This document shows positions 1-15,720 of a stretch of DNA of 64,000 nucleotides, piece after piece. This stretch comes from Eledone cirrhosa (lineage: Eukaryota). The notes under the pieces were generated by a model. The model did not search any database. It was not told the DNA's origin and saw only the letters and a list, made by a program, of their open reading frames with translations. The stretch covers positions 22,196,001 to 22,260,000 of the forward strand of contig OZ024758.1 in the NCBI GenBank assembly GCA_964016885.1, in the 5' to 3' direction. Position 1 is the first letter of the stretch, and every line of letters begins with the position of its first letter. A program made the position numbers and the translations under genes.

Positions 1-430
1 TATCTATATATATATCTCTATATATCTATATATATATCTCTATATATCTATATATATATCTCTATATATATATCTCTATATATCTATATATATATCTCTA
101 TATATCTATATATATATCTCTATATATATATATATATCTCTATATATATATATATATCTCTATATATATATATATATCTCTATATATATATATATATCTC
201 TATATATATATATATATCTCTATATATATATATCTATATATATATATATATATCTATATATATATATATATATCTCTATATATATATATATATCTCTATA
301 TATATATATATATCTCTATATATATATATATATCTCTATATATATATATATATATCTATATATATATATATATATCTATATATATATATATATATCTATA
401 TATATATATATATCTATATATATATATATA

Positions 431-527
<97 letters not shown>

Positions 528-542
528 ATATATATATATCTA

Positions 543-579
<37 letters not shown>

Positions 580-1436
580 ATATATATATATCTATCTATA
601 TATATATATATATATATCTATATATATATATATATATATATCTATATATATATATCTATCTATATATATATATATATATATCTATATATATATATCTATC
701 TATATATATATATATATATATCTATATATATCTATATATATCTATATATATCTATATATATATATATATCTATATATATCTATATATATATATATATATA
801 TATATATCTATATATATATATATATCTATATCTATATATATATATCTATATCTATATATATATATCTATATCTATATATATATCTATATCTATATATATA
901 TCTATATCTATATATATATCTATATCTATATCTATATCTATATATATATCTATATCTATATATATATCTATATATATATATATATCTATATCTATATATA
1001 TCTATATCTATATATATCTATATATATATATATATCTATATATATATATATCTATATATATCTATATATATCTATATATATCTATATATATATCTATATC
1101 TATCTATATCTATATATATCTATATCTATATATATCTATATCTATATCTATATATATCTATATATATCTATCTATATATATATCTATATATATATATATC
1201 TATATATATATATATCTATATATATATATATCTATATATATATATATCTATATATATATATATCTATATATATATATATCTATATATATATATATCTATA
1301 TATATATATATATATATCTATATATATATATATATATCTATATATCTATATATATCTATATATATATATATCTATATATATATATATATATCTATATATA
1401 TATATATATCTATATATATATATATCTATATATATA
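1..1436. repeat. (TA)n/(TATC)n compound microsatellite
   Basis: Sequence is exclusively TA repeats with interspersed TC. Confidence 0.98.
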
Positions 1437-1543
1437 CAATATTAAACATACAAGGGGTCAAATTCAAGAGAAACTTTAAAGGCCAGGAATATCTGAAAGG
1501 CATTAAGGATAACATTGAGAGCTTAGAGAAAACTGAGAAGATC

Positions 1544-3418
1544 TTGGTGAAATCTGACAAGACCAACAACCTCTATGGAGTGCAGAAAGACATGTATAAT
1601 GGCCTCATACTGAAAGAGCTGAGGAAAAAATACAAGGTAGCAGATAAGACCGAACTTGAGAAAATGAATGTTGAAGCATCTTGTATAATGCATGAGTTGG
1701 AAATTGAGAACAGAACACAACCTTTCGTGCCCAGGAAACCGAAGATCAATATGAAGGACCACAAGAGGAATTTTGAGATTGACCTGCCAGTTAGATTAAT
1801 CGCACCTTCAAAATCGGACCTGGGCAAATTAAGCAAAAACATTCTTGACAGGGTGATACTGCAAATTAAGAACTTGGATTATGTATCTAACCTGAGCTTG
1901 TGGAAGGGAACTGGAGAGGTTGTTGAGTGGTTTAGGCAAATTAAATATGACAATAATAATAGGTTTATTCAACTTGATATAGCTAACTATTATTCTTCTA
2001 TTACCCCTAGTCTACTAAATAAGGCACTAAATTACGCATTCAAACATACGGACCTAACTAGCAAAGAAATGCATATTATATTATCGGCTAGGAAAACTTT
2101 GATAGAATTTGATGACAAATTATGGACCAGAGCAGATAGAGATAGCAATTTTGACATAACTATGGGATCTTCCGACTCAGCTCAAGTAACTGACCTTGTG
2201 GGCTTATTTTTAATCAATTCGCTACATAGGAAAATACCTGGTACTACCGGAGGTTTATATAGGGATGACATGCTTTTACTTATTAATAATAATAACCCTG
2301 AACTAAATAGAAAATGTAAACAAATTACAAAATTTTTTAATTACTTTAACCTTAAAATAGAAATTGAGAACAACCATAGAATAGTCAATTTCCTAGATAT
2401 AACATTAAATCTCAACACATGTCTCCACTATCCTTTTCACAAGTTGAATGAAAACTTAAACTATGTCAACTTTAACTCTAACCACCCCAGATCTGTCAAA
2501 AACACTATAGTAAACTCAGTCCAAAAACGTATCTCTAGGATCTCGTCGAATAGAAAGATTTTTGACGAAAAGGCCCAATACTATAATGATGCACTAGCTA
2601 GGGCAGGGTATGCTGATAAGATTGTGTACATAGATAATGATAAACAAACTAAACAAAGTAACAACTTTTTTAATTATGGCAACAACATTAACAACTATAA
2701 TAGAAAGCATTACAATAATTCCAAAGGACAAAAAAGAAATAGAACTAGGAACATAATTTGGTTTGCCCCCCCTTTCTCACTAAACATTAAAACCCACATC
2801 GCTAAATTATTTTTCAAAGCTCTTGATAATCGCTTCCCTAGAACACATAGGTACCACTCAATCTTCAATAGGCATACAATTAAATTAACCTACTCATCCA
2901 CCAAAAATTTAGCACAAAATATTAATAGAATAAATAATAGGAACTTAAAACCTACTGATAATAGCATAAATAATATACAAGTTAACAAATGTAACTGTAG
3001 AGATAGATCTAAATGTCCGTTAAATAACAACTGCTTAGTTAAAAATATAGTATACAATTGTAATGTTAATACTGACTCTAATTCTTTTAACTACGTCGGT
3101 TCCACATCGACGGAATTTAAACTTCGCTATAATAACCACAAGAATTCTTTCACAGATCCAAATAAAAAATCTTCAACGGCACTATCAGGTGTACTCTGGC
3201 GACTTAAGCTAGATAACGTTAGATATTCGACGGCTTGGAATATAGTCTCAAGAGGGATTCCTTTTAATTCATCCTCTGAGACATGTGACCTCTGCGCAGA
3301 GGAGATATTCTTTATACTAAAATCTAAAAATTCCCTTAACCTACGGACAAATTTATTCAGTTGTTGCAAACATAGATTAAACTCAACGTTTAAATATAAA
3401 TTTAAATTTAAAATGTAG
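1544..3418 (+). CDS. Penelope-like reverse transcriptase with C-terminal GIY-YIG endonuclease
   Basis: RT motifs [39 protein letters not shown]; SNHP thumb motif; Cys cluster [15 protein letters not shown]; GIY-YIG-like [16 protein letters not shown]; C-terminal CDLC..LN.R..CCKH. The frame stays open upstream to about 1439, so the true start is lost by truncation. Confidence 0.93.
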   Translation: MVKSDKTNNLYGVQKDMYNGLILKELRKKYKVADKTELEKMNVEASCIMHELEIENRTQPFVPRKPKINMKDHKRNFEIDLPVRLIAPSKSDLGKLSKNILDRVILQIKNLDYVSNLSLWKGTGEVVEWFRQIKYDNNNRFIQLDIANYYSSITPSLLNKALNYAFKHTDLTSKEMHIILSARKTLIEFDDKLWTRADRDSNFDITMGSSDSAQVTDLVGLFLINSLHRKIPGTTGGLYRDDMLLLINNNNPELNRKCKQITKFFNYFNLKIEIENNHRIVNFLDITLNLNTCLHYPFHKLNENLNYVNFNSNHPRSVKNTIVNSVQKRISRISSNRKIFDEKAQYYNDALARAGYADKIVYIDNDKQTKQSNNFFNYGNNINNYNRKHYNNSKGQKRNRTRNIIWFAPPFSLNIKTHIAKLFFKALDNRFPRTHRYHSIFNRHTIKLTYSSTKNLAQNINRINNRNLKPTDNSINNIQVNKCNCRDRSKCPLNNNCLVKNIVYNCNVNTDSNSFNYVGSTSTEFKLRYNNHKNSFTDPNKKSSTALSGVLWRLKLDNVRYSTAWNIVSRGIPFNSSSETCDLCAEEIFFILKSKNSLNLRTNLFSCCKHRLNSTFKYKFKFKM

Positions 3419-4947
3419 TATATTTAGTTTGATTTATATTTATATGAGAACTAGCCGATAAATCTTTTGATTTCTAAATCTTTGATTCCCTCTTTTTACT
3501 CTTTTTATTGTTTATTTTATTTTATTTATTTTTATTTTTATTTTTATTTTTATTTTTATTTTTATCTAAACATTCCTCATGAAAAATTAAGCTACCCTAA
3601 AAGCCGATGCTCCAAATTTTCTGAATTAACCTTACACTTGATAAACTTATATATTAAATATAGGAACATATGTAGACATTATTGGACATCATAATCTTTT
3701 TTGCGATATTCCTTGCTAGATGTGATTTGATAGATAATTTTTGGCTTTGTCTTGTAGTGAACTTTGCAATATATTGTCAATTAACCTTGAAGGGTTGTTC
3801 TTTGTGGTTTATTTTTATTTTTATTTTTATTTTTATTTTTATTTTTATTTTTATTTTTATTTTTATTTTTATTTTTATTCTTTTAGTATTGTAGTATTCT
3901 ATAATATTTTTATATTTTTATTTTTTATTTTATTTTATTTTTATTTTTAATATTTTTATATGTAAATTTTTTTTTATATGTAAATTTTTATTTTTAATAT
4001 TTTTAATATTTTTATATGTAAAGTTTTAATACGTAATATTTTTAATACGTAGTATTTTTAATATGCAATATTTTTATTATGTAATATTCTTTCGTAATAT
4101 TCTTTTTTAGTTTTCTATTCTATATTTTTATATTTTTATATATTTTTACTTATTATCATTATTATTGTTATCTCTGCTTATAATATAATATATATTTTCG
4201 ATTAGTATATTGAAATCTGCTCTCTATTTCTGCTTGATAGATAATCTTGTAGAGTAATCGCAAGAATAATAATACGCTCAAATTTTTATACCACATTGAG
4301 AATGTTTTCCGGTAACTTTGAATTTGCGGAGTGAATCAGTTGGATTCACATAGACATATGAATTTTTTTTAAAAACTAAACATAAGATAATGAATTTTCA
4401 CGCATTGTGAATACTTGTTTCATTCAGGAATACTGATATTTACAATATAGTGTAAGTTTTATAAATACTAATACATTAAAACATAGGGTTTTCTACGCCT
4501 CGAATATGTCTGGCTATTTTTAAATTTTTTTCTCTCTCTATATCTCTCTATATCTCTCTATATATCTCCCTTACATTAATACTTGGGCTAAATAAATAAA
4601 TAAATAAATAAATAAATGCATCATTGATACACTTATTCAAAATGACCTCCCACTACCTAATTTTTCTATATCTATATTTATATATGTATCTATCTCTATA
4701 TATATATATATATCTCTTTCGGTCTCTTTACATGAAGCTCTTCGCTTTATCTATTTTTCCATCTCTCTATTTTGTCCCATGCATTTCTTCCTTTTCTTCG
4801 TTTTGTCTTTCTTTCTTTCTTATTTCCCTCTTTTCTCTCTCTCTTTCTTTCTCTCTGTATTTTCACTGCTAGAGTGAACCTCTTCAAATGAAGTTGATGT
4901 TTATTACGGTATGTCGAATATATTTATCTATAAAACTGTTTATATTA

Positions 4948-5013
4948 TATTTTGTCTGATGAAGGCATAGCATATTGTTAATATGATATCCCCGAAATAT
5001 ATATAATGAAATA
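4948..5013 (+). ncRNA. Type I hammerhead ribozyme in Penelope 3' tail
   Basis: Stem I tattttgt/atgaaata (with G-U pairs), core CTGATGA 4956-4962, stem II containing catatt/aatatg, GAAA 4994-4997, palindromic TATATA, then TA. Confidence 0.8.
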
Positions 5014-5146
5014 AATATGGTTTTATAAATATAGTTTTCCATTTATTTAATATTGTAAATATACTCCAAGTATTTGTCGAGTGCTTTTATATCAGTTATA
5101 AATATTTACTAGTTGTAACCCAACAATTTTAAATATAACTTTACAT

Positions 5147-5197
5147 GTATCTATATATATATATATCTATATATATATATATCTATATATATATATA

Positions 5198-5232
<35 letters not shown>

Positions 5233-6150
5233 ATATATATATATATCTATATATATATATATCTATATATATATATATCTATATATATATATATCTATAT
5301 ATATATATATCTATATATATATATATCTATATATATCTATATCTATATATATCTATATCTATATATATCTATATCTATATATATCTATATCTATATATAT
5401 CTATATCTATATATATCTATATCTATATATATCTATATCTATATATATCTATATATATATATATCTATATATATATATATCTATATATATATATATCTAT
5501 ATATATATATATATCTATATATATATATATCTATATATATATATATATCTATATATATATATATCTATATATATATATATCTATATATATATATCTCTAT
5601 ATATATCTCTATATATATCTATATATATATCTATATATATATCTATATATATATATCTATATATATATCTATATATATCTATATATATCTCTATATATAT
5701 CTCTATATATATCTCTATATATATCTCTATATATATCTCTATATATATCTATATATATCTATATATATCTATATATATATCTATATATATATATCTATAT
5801 ATATATATATCTATATATATATATCTATATATATATATCTATATATATATATCTATATCTATATATATATATCTATATATATATATCTATATATATATAT
5901 ATCTATATATATATCTATATATATATATCTATATATATATATATCTATATATATATATCTATATATATATATATCTATATATATATCTATATATATATCT
6001 ATATATATATCTATATATATATCTATATCTATATCTATATCTATATCTATATCTATATATATATCTATATCTATCTATATATCTATCTATATATCTATAT
6101 ATCTATCTATATATCTATCTATATATGTATCTATATATATATCTATATAT
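5147..6150. repeat. (TA)n/(TATC)n microsatellite
   Basis: Direct observation. Confidence 0.97.
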
Positions 6151-6509
6151 TGTACAACAACAATCTAATAAAAACACAAGGGCCTAACTTCACCCAGGCA
6201 GGGGATTTCCCCCACCTCAAAATGATTAAGGCCCCACAGGACACCTATAAAACTTTAAAAAACAATTTTAAAGAGGACGTGGGTCCCCCCTGCGTCGGGC
6301 CCATTAACCGCGTCCTCCTAAAAAACTATCCCACCCCCTCCCCAAACACCCACACAACTCCAAACTCCCCAACCACACAACACACTGATGCCCCCACACT
6401 TCCACAAACCACCACCCCACCCAACAACCCATCCCCCACCCTAATGGAAATTGTGCAGCCCGATACCCGGGACGCAGAGAGGTAAGTGCCTTTTCTCTTC
6501 ACCACCAAC

Positions 6510-8897
6510 ATGGCTATGCTAAGAGTAGGCTGTTTAAATGCGCGTGGCCTGGGCTCAACTTGGAAGCAAGCAATGCTTCTAAATGACCTCAGGTCACAAC
6601 GTATAGATGTGATGGTTATTTGCGAGGCCCGGATCAGCAACGTGCGACAGCTGGCCCCCACCTTTGATGACTTTGAGATGCACGCATCTCTCTGTCAGCC
6701 CGGAGGTGGGGGTGGAGTTGTCGTTCTGCTGCAGAAACATCTGGGTCTCGCAACACAGATGGTACATTTGGACCCGGAGGGTCGACTAGTGGTTCTGGAC
6801 CTTGGCAGTGGTAAAGGCGGAGCATTTAGGTTGGTAGCCGCCTACGGCCCTTTCGGGTCAATGCGGCCGGACTTCTTCCATCGTCTGGAGACTTTTCTAG
6901 GGACGTCCCGCTCCTTGCTATTAGTGGGGGACTGGAATGGTATCCTAGATGCACGCTGGGACTACGTAGGGGCCTGCCCCGATAGAGAGGGGTGTAATAG
7001 CCTCAAAGGGTTAATCGGTCGATTTGACCTGGCCGATAGATATCGACTAGATTTTCCGACTGCGCCAACCTGGACTTGGGCAAATCGTAGCGGATCATCT
7101 AGGTCGTACCTAGATAGGTTCTTAGTTAGAATTAAGGATAAGGACTTTTTAAGTTGTCCAAAAATGCGCATGGTTGGCTATTCAGACCACAAATTAGTGA
7201 CCTGCATGGTCAACCTTGACAGAACTCATAGACAGGGCCCCGGTTACTGGAAGCTCAACTTGTCCTTGCCGGCAAGTAGAGCCTACAGGAATCGGATTAG
7301 TACGTTAGTTAAGGAACGGTTGACTGGAGCGATCGTCAACAGCAGGTGGTGGGTATCTCTAAAGAGAGAGATTAGAGTAGTCTCGATAGAATTTAGTAAG
7401 GTTCTAGCTGCGGATAGGAATAGGAAGGAAAGGGAGCTAATAGATAGAGTAGAAGAGGCAATTAGAAGCGGCGACGTGGCCAGAGTGCTAGCGTCGAGAA
7501 CGGCTTTGAGCCAGTTTTTCGACGCGAAGCACGAAGGCTGCGTTGTCCGAAGTAAAATACGTGCTCTAGGGAACGAGGGGACCAAAGCTGTTAGCTGGGC
7601 CCGCGTGACAGAGGCCAACAGTGGAACTAAATCCACCATCCGGTCTTTGCGAGACCTGGATGGACGGGCGATTCTTGAGCCTAAGCAGATGTGTGAGGCC
7701 TTTCAAAGGCACTTTGCCCGACTGTTCGGGAGGGGCGGGGAGCCGGTTGGGAACGTGGACTTCGGTCCATACCTCGACGGCCTGCCGCGCCTCTCGGACA
7801 GGGAGGCGAAGTCCTGCGAGGAGCCGATTTCGGCCGCTGAGATAGAGGACGTGCTGAGCCAATGCGGCAAACGCAAATCCCCGGGTCTCGATGGTCTTCC
7901 TTACGAATTATATCTAGCTATGCCGGACTTGTTCCCCGATCTCCTCGAGGCGGTCTACTGCAACTGGCAACAGAACGGGAGAATTCCCTGTACTGTGACC
8001 AAGGGCGTAGTCACGCTAGTGAGGAAGGACGAGAACAAGGGGGACGAAATAAGTAACTTCAGGCCCATAACACTGCTAAATACAGAGTTACAGATTTTGG
8101 CCAAGGTGCTAGCAAAGAGGTTGGCGCTTGTCGTGGGCAACCTGGTGGGAGATGCGCAGACATGCGCTATCCCGTCCAGGTCCATCCATGACAACCTCCA
8201 CCTCATGCGATACATCATAGAGAGGGTTGGGAACGAACCCGGCTTTGGTGGGGCTCTGATCAACTTGGATCAATCTAAGGCGTTCGATAGGGTCGACCAT
8301 GGTTACCTGGATGCGGTGCTAGCGGCGGCAGGCTTCGGACCCGTTTTCAGGGGCTGGATCACTGCTATGCACAGCAGCCGCATCTGCTCTAGGGTCAAGG
8401 TGAACGGCTACCTCTCGGAGCCGTTCAAAATCGCGCGGTCCATCCGACAAGGGTGCCCTCTCTCCTCCCTTCTGTATGTGTTGACTCTCGAGCCACTACT
8501 GCGGAAGTTGGAGTTGTTGCAGGGCATCCCTTTGGAACCGGGATTGCGGAAAGCGGTGTCGGCCTACGCCGATGACGTGACAGTAATGGTGTCGACGGCC
8601 TCCGAGATCGAGGCGGTCGGCACCTTACTGGAGGAGTACGAAAAGTTCACAGGGGCTAAGCTGAACCGGGACAAGTCGATCGGTTTGCAACTCGGCACGT
8701 GGAGGGGCAGACCGATGCCCTCCGATGGCGTCGTCGGACGCTGGACGGAGGGCCCGGTGAAGTTGCTCGGGGTCTGGTTCGGACCGGACCTCCAGGTGGA
8801 GAAAAACTGGGCGGAGGTTACGAACAGGGTGTTTGCACTGACCCAGAAGTGGGCCAGTTGCAAACTATCCCAGAAAACTGGGCGCCTGGCACACTGA
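6510..8897 (+). CDS. LINE ORF2: APE endonuclease + reverse transcriptase (Tx1/L1 type), interrupted near 8870
   Basis: ATG at 6510. EN motifs LNARGL, ICE, VGDWN, SYLDRF, SDH; GPGYWKLN; RT motifs KSPGLDG, NFRPITLLN, LDQSKAFDRVDH, IRQGCPLS, AYADD, KLLGVWF. Confidence 0.92.
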   Translation: MAMLRVGCLNARGLGSTWKQAMLLNDLRSQRIDVMVICEARISNVRQLAPTFDDFEMHASLCQPGGGGGVVVLLQKHLGLATQMVHLDPEGRLVVLDLGSGKGGAFRLVAAYGPFGSMRPDFFHRLETFLGTSRSLLLVGDWNGILDARWDYVGACPDREGCNSLKGLIGRFDLADRYRLDFPTAPTWTWANRSGSSRSYLDRFLVRIKDKDFLSCPKMRMVGYSDHKLVTCMVNLDRTHRQGPGYWKLNLSLPASRAYRNRISTLVKERLTGAIVNSRWWVSLKREIRVVSIEFSKVLAADRNRKERELIDRVEEAIRSGDVARVLASRTALSQFFDAKHEGCVVRSKIRALGNEGTKAVSWARVTEANSGTKSTIRSLRDLDGRAILEPKQMCEAFQRHFARLFGRGGEPVGNVDFGPYLDGLPRLSDREAKSCEEPISAAEIEDVLSQCGKRKSPGLDGLPYELYLAMPDLFPDLLEAVYCNWQQNGRIPCTVTKGVVTLVRKDENKGDEISNFRPITLLNTELQILAKVLAKRLALVVGNLVGDAQTCAIPSRSIHDNLHLMRYIIERVGNEPGFGGALINLDQSKAFDRVDHGYLDAVLAAAGFGPVFRGWITAMHSSRICSRVKVNGYLSEPFKIARSIRQGCPLSSLLYVLTLEPLLRKLELLQGIPLEPGLRKAVSAYADDVTVMVSTASEIEAVGTLLEEYEKFTGAKLNRDKSIGLQLGTWRGRPMPSDGVVGRWTEGPVKLLGVWFGPDLQVEKNWAEVTNRVFALTQKWASCKLSQKTGRLAH

Positions 8898-8979
8898 GTG
8901 TGCCCAGGCGCTCACCGCCCTCTGGCAGGCGGATCCGGTTATCAGTGGAGACTCCACCGCAACATTCTATAGAGGGCTG

Positions 8980-9603
8980 GTGCGCAGCAGATGCGACGAC
9001 GCCCTCGGAGAAGCCCTAGACATGGAGGAGGACGAACTGGCCAGCCTGTTCGGTAGGACATTCAGCCCGGGACCTATGGACAACTTCCAGAAGTCCCTGG
9101 CCTGGCAGTGCTACCGAGGGGCTTTACCCGTTCGAGAAAGGCTCTACAGACACGGGCGCCCGGGTAGGGACCCCGCCAAAAAGATCTGTCCCAGATGCGT
9201 GTGCGACGAGGAAACCGTTGCACACGCATTAGTACACTGCTCGGGCGTAGCCGATCTGTGGGGCTATGTCGAACAACTGCTGTCAAGGGTGGGACCGATC
9301 CGGTTGACCACCGAGTCTATTGTAATGATCAAGCCGCCTCCCCCCTTCAAAGATGAAGCAGAGGCGGTGTTTCTGTGCGTAATAGCCATGGCGAAAGAGG
9401 TTGTATGGTGGACGCGTCTGAAAGGACTGAGGTCGGGCACCTTTCTCTCTGGCCAACAACTGGTCCGTTTCTTCCGATATCATTTCGGAAGAAGGATCAG
9501 GATGGAGAGAGAGGTGCTGCACCCCAGCCGTTTCTATGAAAGATGGGTGAAAGTGGCGAGAATGGCCCGTGTGAATGGGCCTTCACTCTACATCAGACTA
9601 TAG
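8980..9603 (+). pseudogene. C-terminal zinc-binding (zf-RVT-like) segment of the same ORF2, separated by a frame break or internal deletion
   Basis: LAWQCYRGALPVRERL..CPRC..EETVAHALVHC pattern typical of L1/Tx1 ORF2 C-termini; different frame from the RT. Confidence 0.85.
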
Positions 9604-9866
9604 GTGAGGAAGATGAAAGACCAAGGGAGCACCCCCTCTCTGTGCTCCTGAGGAGAAGGGTTGCACACTTTTTTCGGGGGTGTGTGCGACCCCCCAAGGC
9701 GCCTCCTCTCTATTGAGGATTTTGTTAAAAATTTTATTTTTTGTTATATCTTATTTTATTTTTATATTTTGTTATTGCCTCCTCCTTATTGAGGACGCCT
9801 TTTTGTGTAAACTCCCCCCATTGTACTTGTCCCACTTTTGATGCCCTAGTGGCAAATAAAAGAAAT

Positions 9867-11739
<1,873 letters not shown>

Positions 11740-11799
11740 AAATATTAAACAAATAATGAATAAAACAATGAAACAGTTCCTTATATTAAACAAAAAAAG

Positions 11800-11954
11800 T
11801 TCATTATTTAACGATCGTTTCTAGGATATATATGTGTTAGAATTGGCATGCATATTCAACAGATCTATGTACAAAATTATACAAAATTATACAAACTATC
11901 AAGATTAAATATACATACCAAACACACATATACGCCGTCTTCAGAAATAATGAA
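11800..11954 (-). ncRNA. Type I hammerhead ribozyme with long stem II
   Basis: Minus strand reads ttcattattt-CTGAAGA-[~115 nt closed by tatatgtgt/acacatata]-GAAA-CGATCG-TT-aaataatgaa: a perfect 10-bp stem I and a palindromic stem III. Confidence 0.75.
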
Positions 11955-12199
11955 ATATATTTATTGATAATAACAACAATTCAAAATTTCAGGTCCGTTT
12001 GTGAACAAAATTGACCAATGAAAATACAAAAGGTTTTATGCAGTTTGGTGTGTGTATATACATGTAACTACCCCGTACACATATTTATACAAAGATGTAT
12101 GCTCAACATGCATACGCATGCCAAAAAGATGCATGCAAATACAAAATTTCAAGGTTAATGTCTCTGTAAGTTTATAATGCACAGATAAGATGCGTATAG

Positions 12200-12580
12200 A
12201 CACATATATATGAAATAAGTGTATACACATATTCTCATACTCACACATATCCGTACACTCACACACACGCGCGCGTATATGCATAAACATACACATAATT
12301 ACGAACATACATACACACACACACCCCCACACACATATATATATGTGGATATAATATTATCATAAGCACATGGATATTAATTCACTCACATAAACACTGC
12401 CACACACATTTAGATCAAGATACAGAAATTAGGTGGGAGGGGGGGGGGGGAGAGGTCAGTATTCAACGGTTTGGGCAGACTGCTTATTTATAGATGTATC
12501 TATAAACTAAGAAATAAAAAATAAAAATTAAAAAGGAAAGAAAAGAAAAAGAAAAAAGAAAAAAGAAATATATCAAGAAA

Positions 12581-12611
<31 letters not shown>

Positions 12612-12617
12612 TATATA

Positions 12618-12659
<42 letters not shown>

Positions 12660-12741
12660 CACACATCTACACTTAGAGCACACATACACACACATATATA
12701 AACATATACATATACACACATACACACATATACACACATAC

Positions 12742-12782
<41 letters not shown>

Positions 12783-13307
12783 TACACATATAATCACACA
12801 TACATATATAGACACACATATATATATACACATACACGCACATATACATACACATACATACTTATATACATACAGATATACACATACATACCTATATATA
12901 CACACAAATACATACAGACATACATACATACATACACACAAATACTTACGCATTCATATATCGGTATATACATACAAACACCACTACACTCTCACACAAC
13001 TCAGACATACAAAGAAAAAGGTATATACCTATACACATATACACATACAAATAGAGATACATATACATATATATATATATATATATACACATATATATAT
13101 ATATATATATATACATACACATATACACACATATATTTACATACACATACATACATGTACACACACATACATATACATACATACACACATACACACATAC
13201 ATGTATAGTCATACACACACATACACCTACACGAACATACACATACACATATATAAAGATATATATACACACACACACATACACACACACACATATATAT
13301 AAAATAA

Positions 13308-13368
<61 letters not shown>

Positions 13369-13689
13369 CACATATACATAGACATATATGTACATACATA
13401 CACATACATACATACATATACACACATATATATATATATATACACACATAGACACATACATACATACACACACAACATACATACACACACATATATACTC
13501 ATACATAGACATAGATATATATTCATACATACATACGCACTTACCTATACTCATATATACAAATACATACGCATCCATATATGCGTATATACATACAAAC
13601 ACCACTACACTCTCACACAACTCAGACATACAAAGAAAAAGGTATATACATATACATATATACACACATTAATAGAGATACATATACAC

Positions 13690-13721
<32 letters not shown>

Positions 13722-13927
13722 AATTATATATATACACCCACACACACATACAACCATAAACACACATACAAACACACACATACACACATATATACATACA
13801 TATATATACACACACACAAAAAACACACATACACATATATATTTTTACACCTATATATACATATATATACATATACACACCCTCACATATACACACATAC
13901 ACATAAGTTATATCATAATAATAAATA

Positions 13928-13958
<31 letters not shown>

Positions 13959-13989
13959 AATATAAACATATATACACACATAGATATAC

Positions 13990-14027
<38 letters not shown>

Positions 14028-14201
14028 TCACATATATATGTGCGCACACGTACATATATACACATACACACATATACACATAAACATATACATGTGCATA
14101 GATGTACATACACACATATACCCACATAGATACGAAGATAGACATATATATAGAGACATACATATATATACACATATATATATACACATACATACACACA
14201 C

Positions 14202-14232
<31 letters not shown>

Positions 14233-14510
14233 TACACGCCCACACACATATACACATATACACATATATATATATATACATATACACATATATATACACA
14301 TGCATATATACACATATATATATACACATACATATATCTATATATATATATATCTATATATATATATCTATATATATATATCTATATATATATATCTATA
14401 TATATATATCTATATATATATATCTATCTATATATATCTATCTATATATATCTATCTATATATATCTATATATATATATCTATCTATATATATCTATCTA
14501 TATATATATA

Positions 14511-14564
<54 letters not shown>

Positions 14565-15204
14565 CAACGAAAGATTTATGTAAATTATGTAAACTATATA
14601 TATATGTGTTTGTCTATATTGTATCTGTATTATTTTTGACCGCCGGTCAGTCAATGGCAACATTGAGGACCGAGTAAGTTAGATCGCAGATATATATATA
14701 TAAAAGACAGCGAGAAGCGAAAACCAACCAAACAGTGAGTGTGTTCTGTTATTAATTCTGGCAATATTACGCAAATATGACCCTCCCCAAATATAACTAT
14801 ATCTATATATATATCTATATATATCTATATATCTATATCTATATATATCTATATATCTATATATATCTATATATCTATATATATCTATATATCTATATAT
14901 CTATATATATCTATATATCTATATATATCTATATATCTATATATATCTATATATCTATATATCTATATATCTATATCTATATCTATATATATCTATATAT
15001 CTATATATCTATATATCTATATCTATATCTATATATATCTATATATCTATATATCTATATCTATATATCTATATATCTATATATCTATATCTATATCTAT
15101 ATATCTATCTATATATCTATCTATATATCTATATATATCTATATATCTATATCTATATATATATCTATATATATATATATATATCTATATATATATAATA
15201 TATA

Positions 15205-15253
<49 letters not shown>

Positions 15254-15404
15254 ATATATATATATCTATATATATATATATATATCTATATATATATATA
15301 TATATCTATATATATATATCTATATCTATATATATATCTATATATCTATATATATATCTATATATATATATATATATATATATATCTATATATATATATA
15401 TATA

Positions 15405-15453
<49 letters not shown>

Positions 15454-15520
15454 ATATCTATATATATATATATATATCTATATATATATATATATATATA
15501 TATCTATATATATATATATC
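12200..15520. repeat. Degenerate (CA)/(TA)/(TATC) low-complexity tract with small unique islands
   Basis: Direct observation; includes a duplicated block (caccactacactctcacacaactcagacatacaaagaaaaagg) near 12980 and 13600. Confidence 0.9.
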
Positions 15521-15720
15521 NNNNNNNNNNNNNNNNNNNNNNNNNNNNNNNNNNNNNNNNNNNNNNNNNNNNNNNNNNNNNNNNNNNNNNNNNNNNNNNN
15601 NNNNNNNNNNNNNNNNNNNNNNNNNNNNNNNNNNNNNNNNNNNNNNNNNNNNNNNNNNNNNNNNNNNNNNNNNNNNNNNNNNNNNNNNNNNNNNNNNNNN
15701 NNNNNNNNNNNNNNNNNNNN
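15521..15720. other. Assembly gap (200 N)
   Basis: Run of N. Confidence 1.

Larger units (their letters stand above)
1437..5146 (+). mobile_element. Penelope-like retroelement (PLE), 5'-truncated, with ~1.7 kb AT-rich 3' region ending in a hammerhead-bearing tail
   Basis: RT + GIY-YIG ORF followed by a non-coding region; both ends abut (TA)n. The tail 4905-5146 recurs in inverted orientation at 28682-28920. Assigning the whole 3' region to the same element is inferred from contiguity. Confidence 0.85.
6151..9866 (+). mobile_element. Tx1/L1-clade non-LTR retrotransposon, 5'-truncated, inserted in (TA)n
   Basis: GC-rich island with a Pro/Thr-rich ORF1-like C-terminal remnant (stop at 6485), ORF2 EN-RT, a zinc-binding C-terminal part and a 3' UTR with AATAAA at 9855-9860; microsatellite on both sides. 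Confidence 0.9.

Noticed and set aside
6326-9522. Antisense and alternative-frame ORFs over the LINE
   Set aside because: They are shadow ORFs of a GC-rich coding sequence, with no motifs.
6151-9700. Horizontal transfer or contamination suggested by high GC
   Set aside because: The GC shift is fully explained by the Tx1/L1 retrotransposon.
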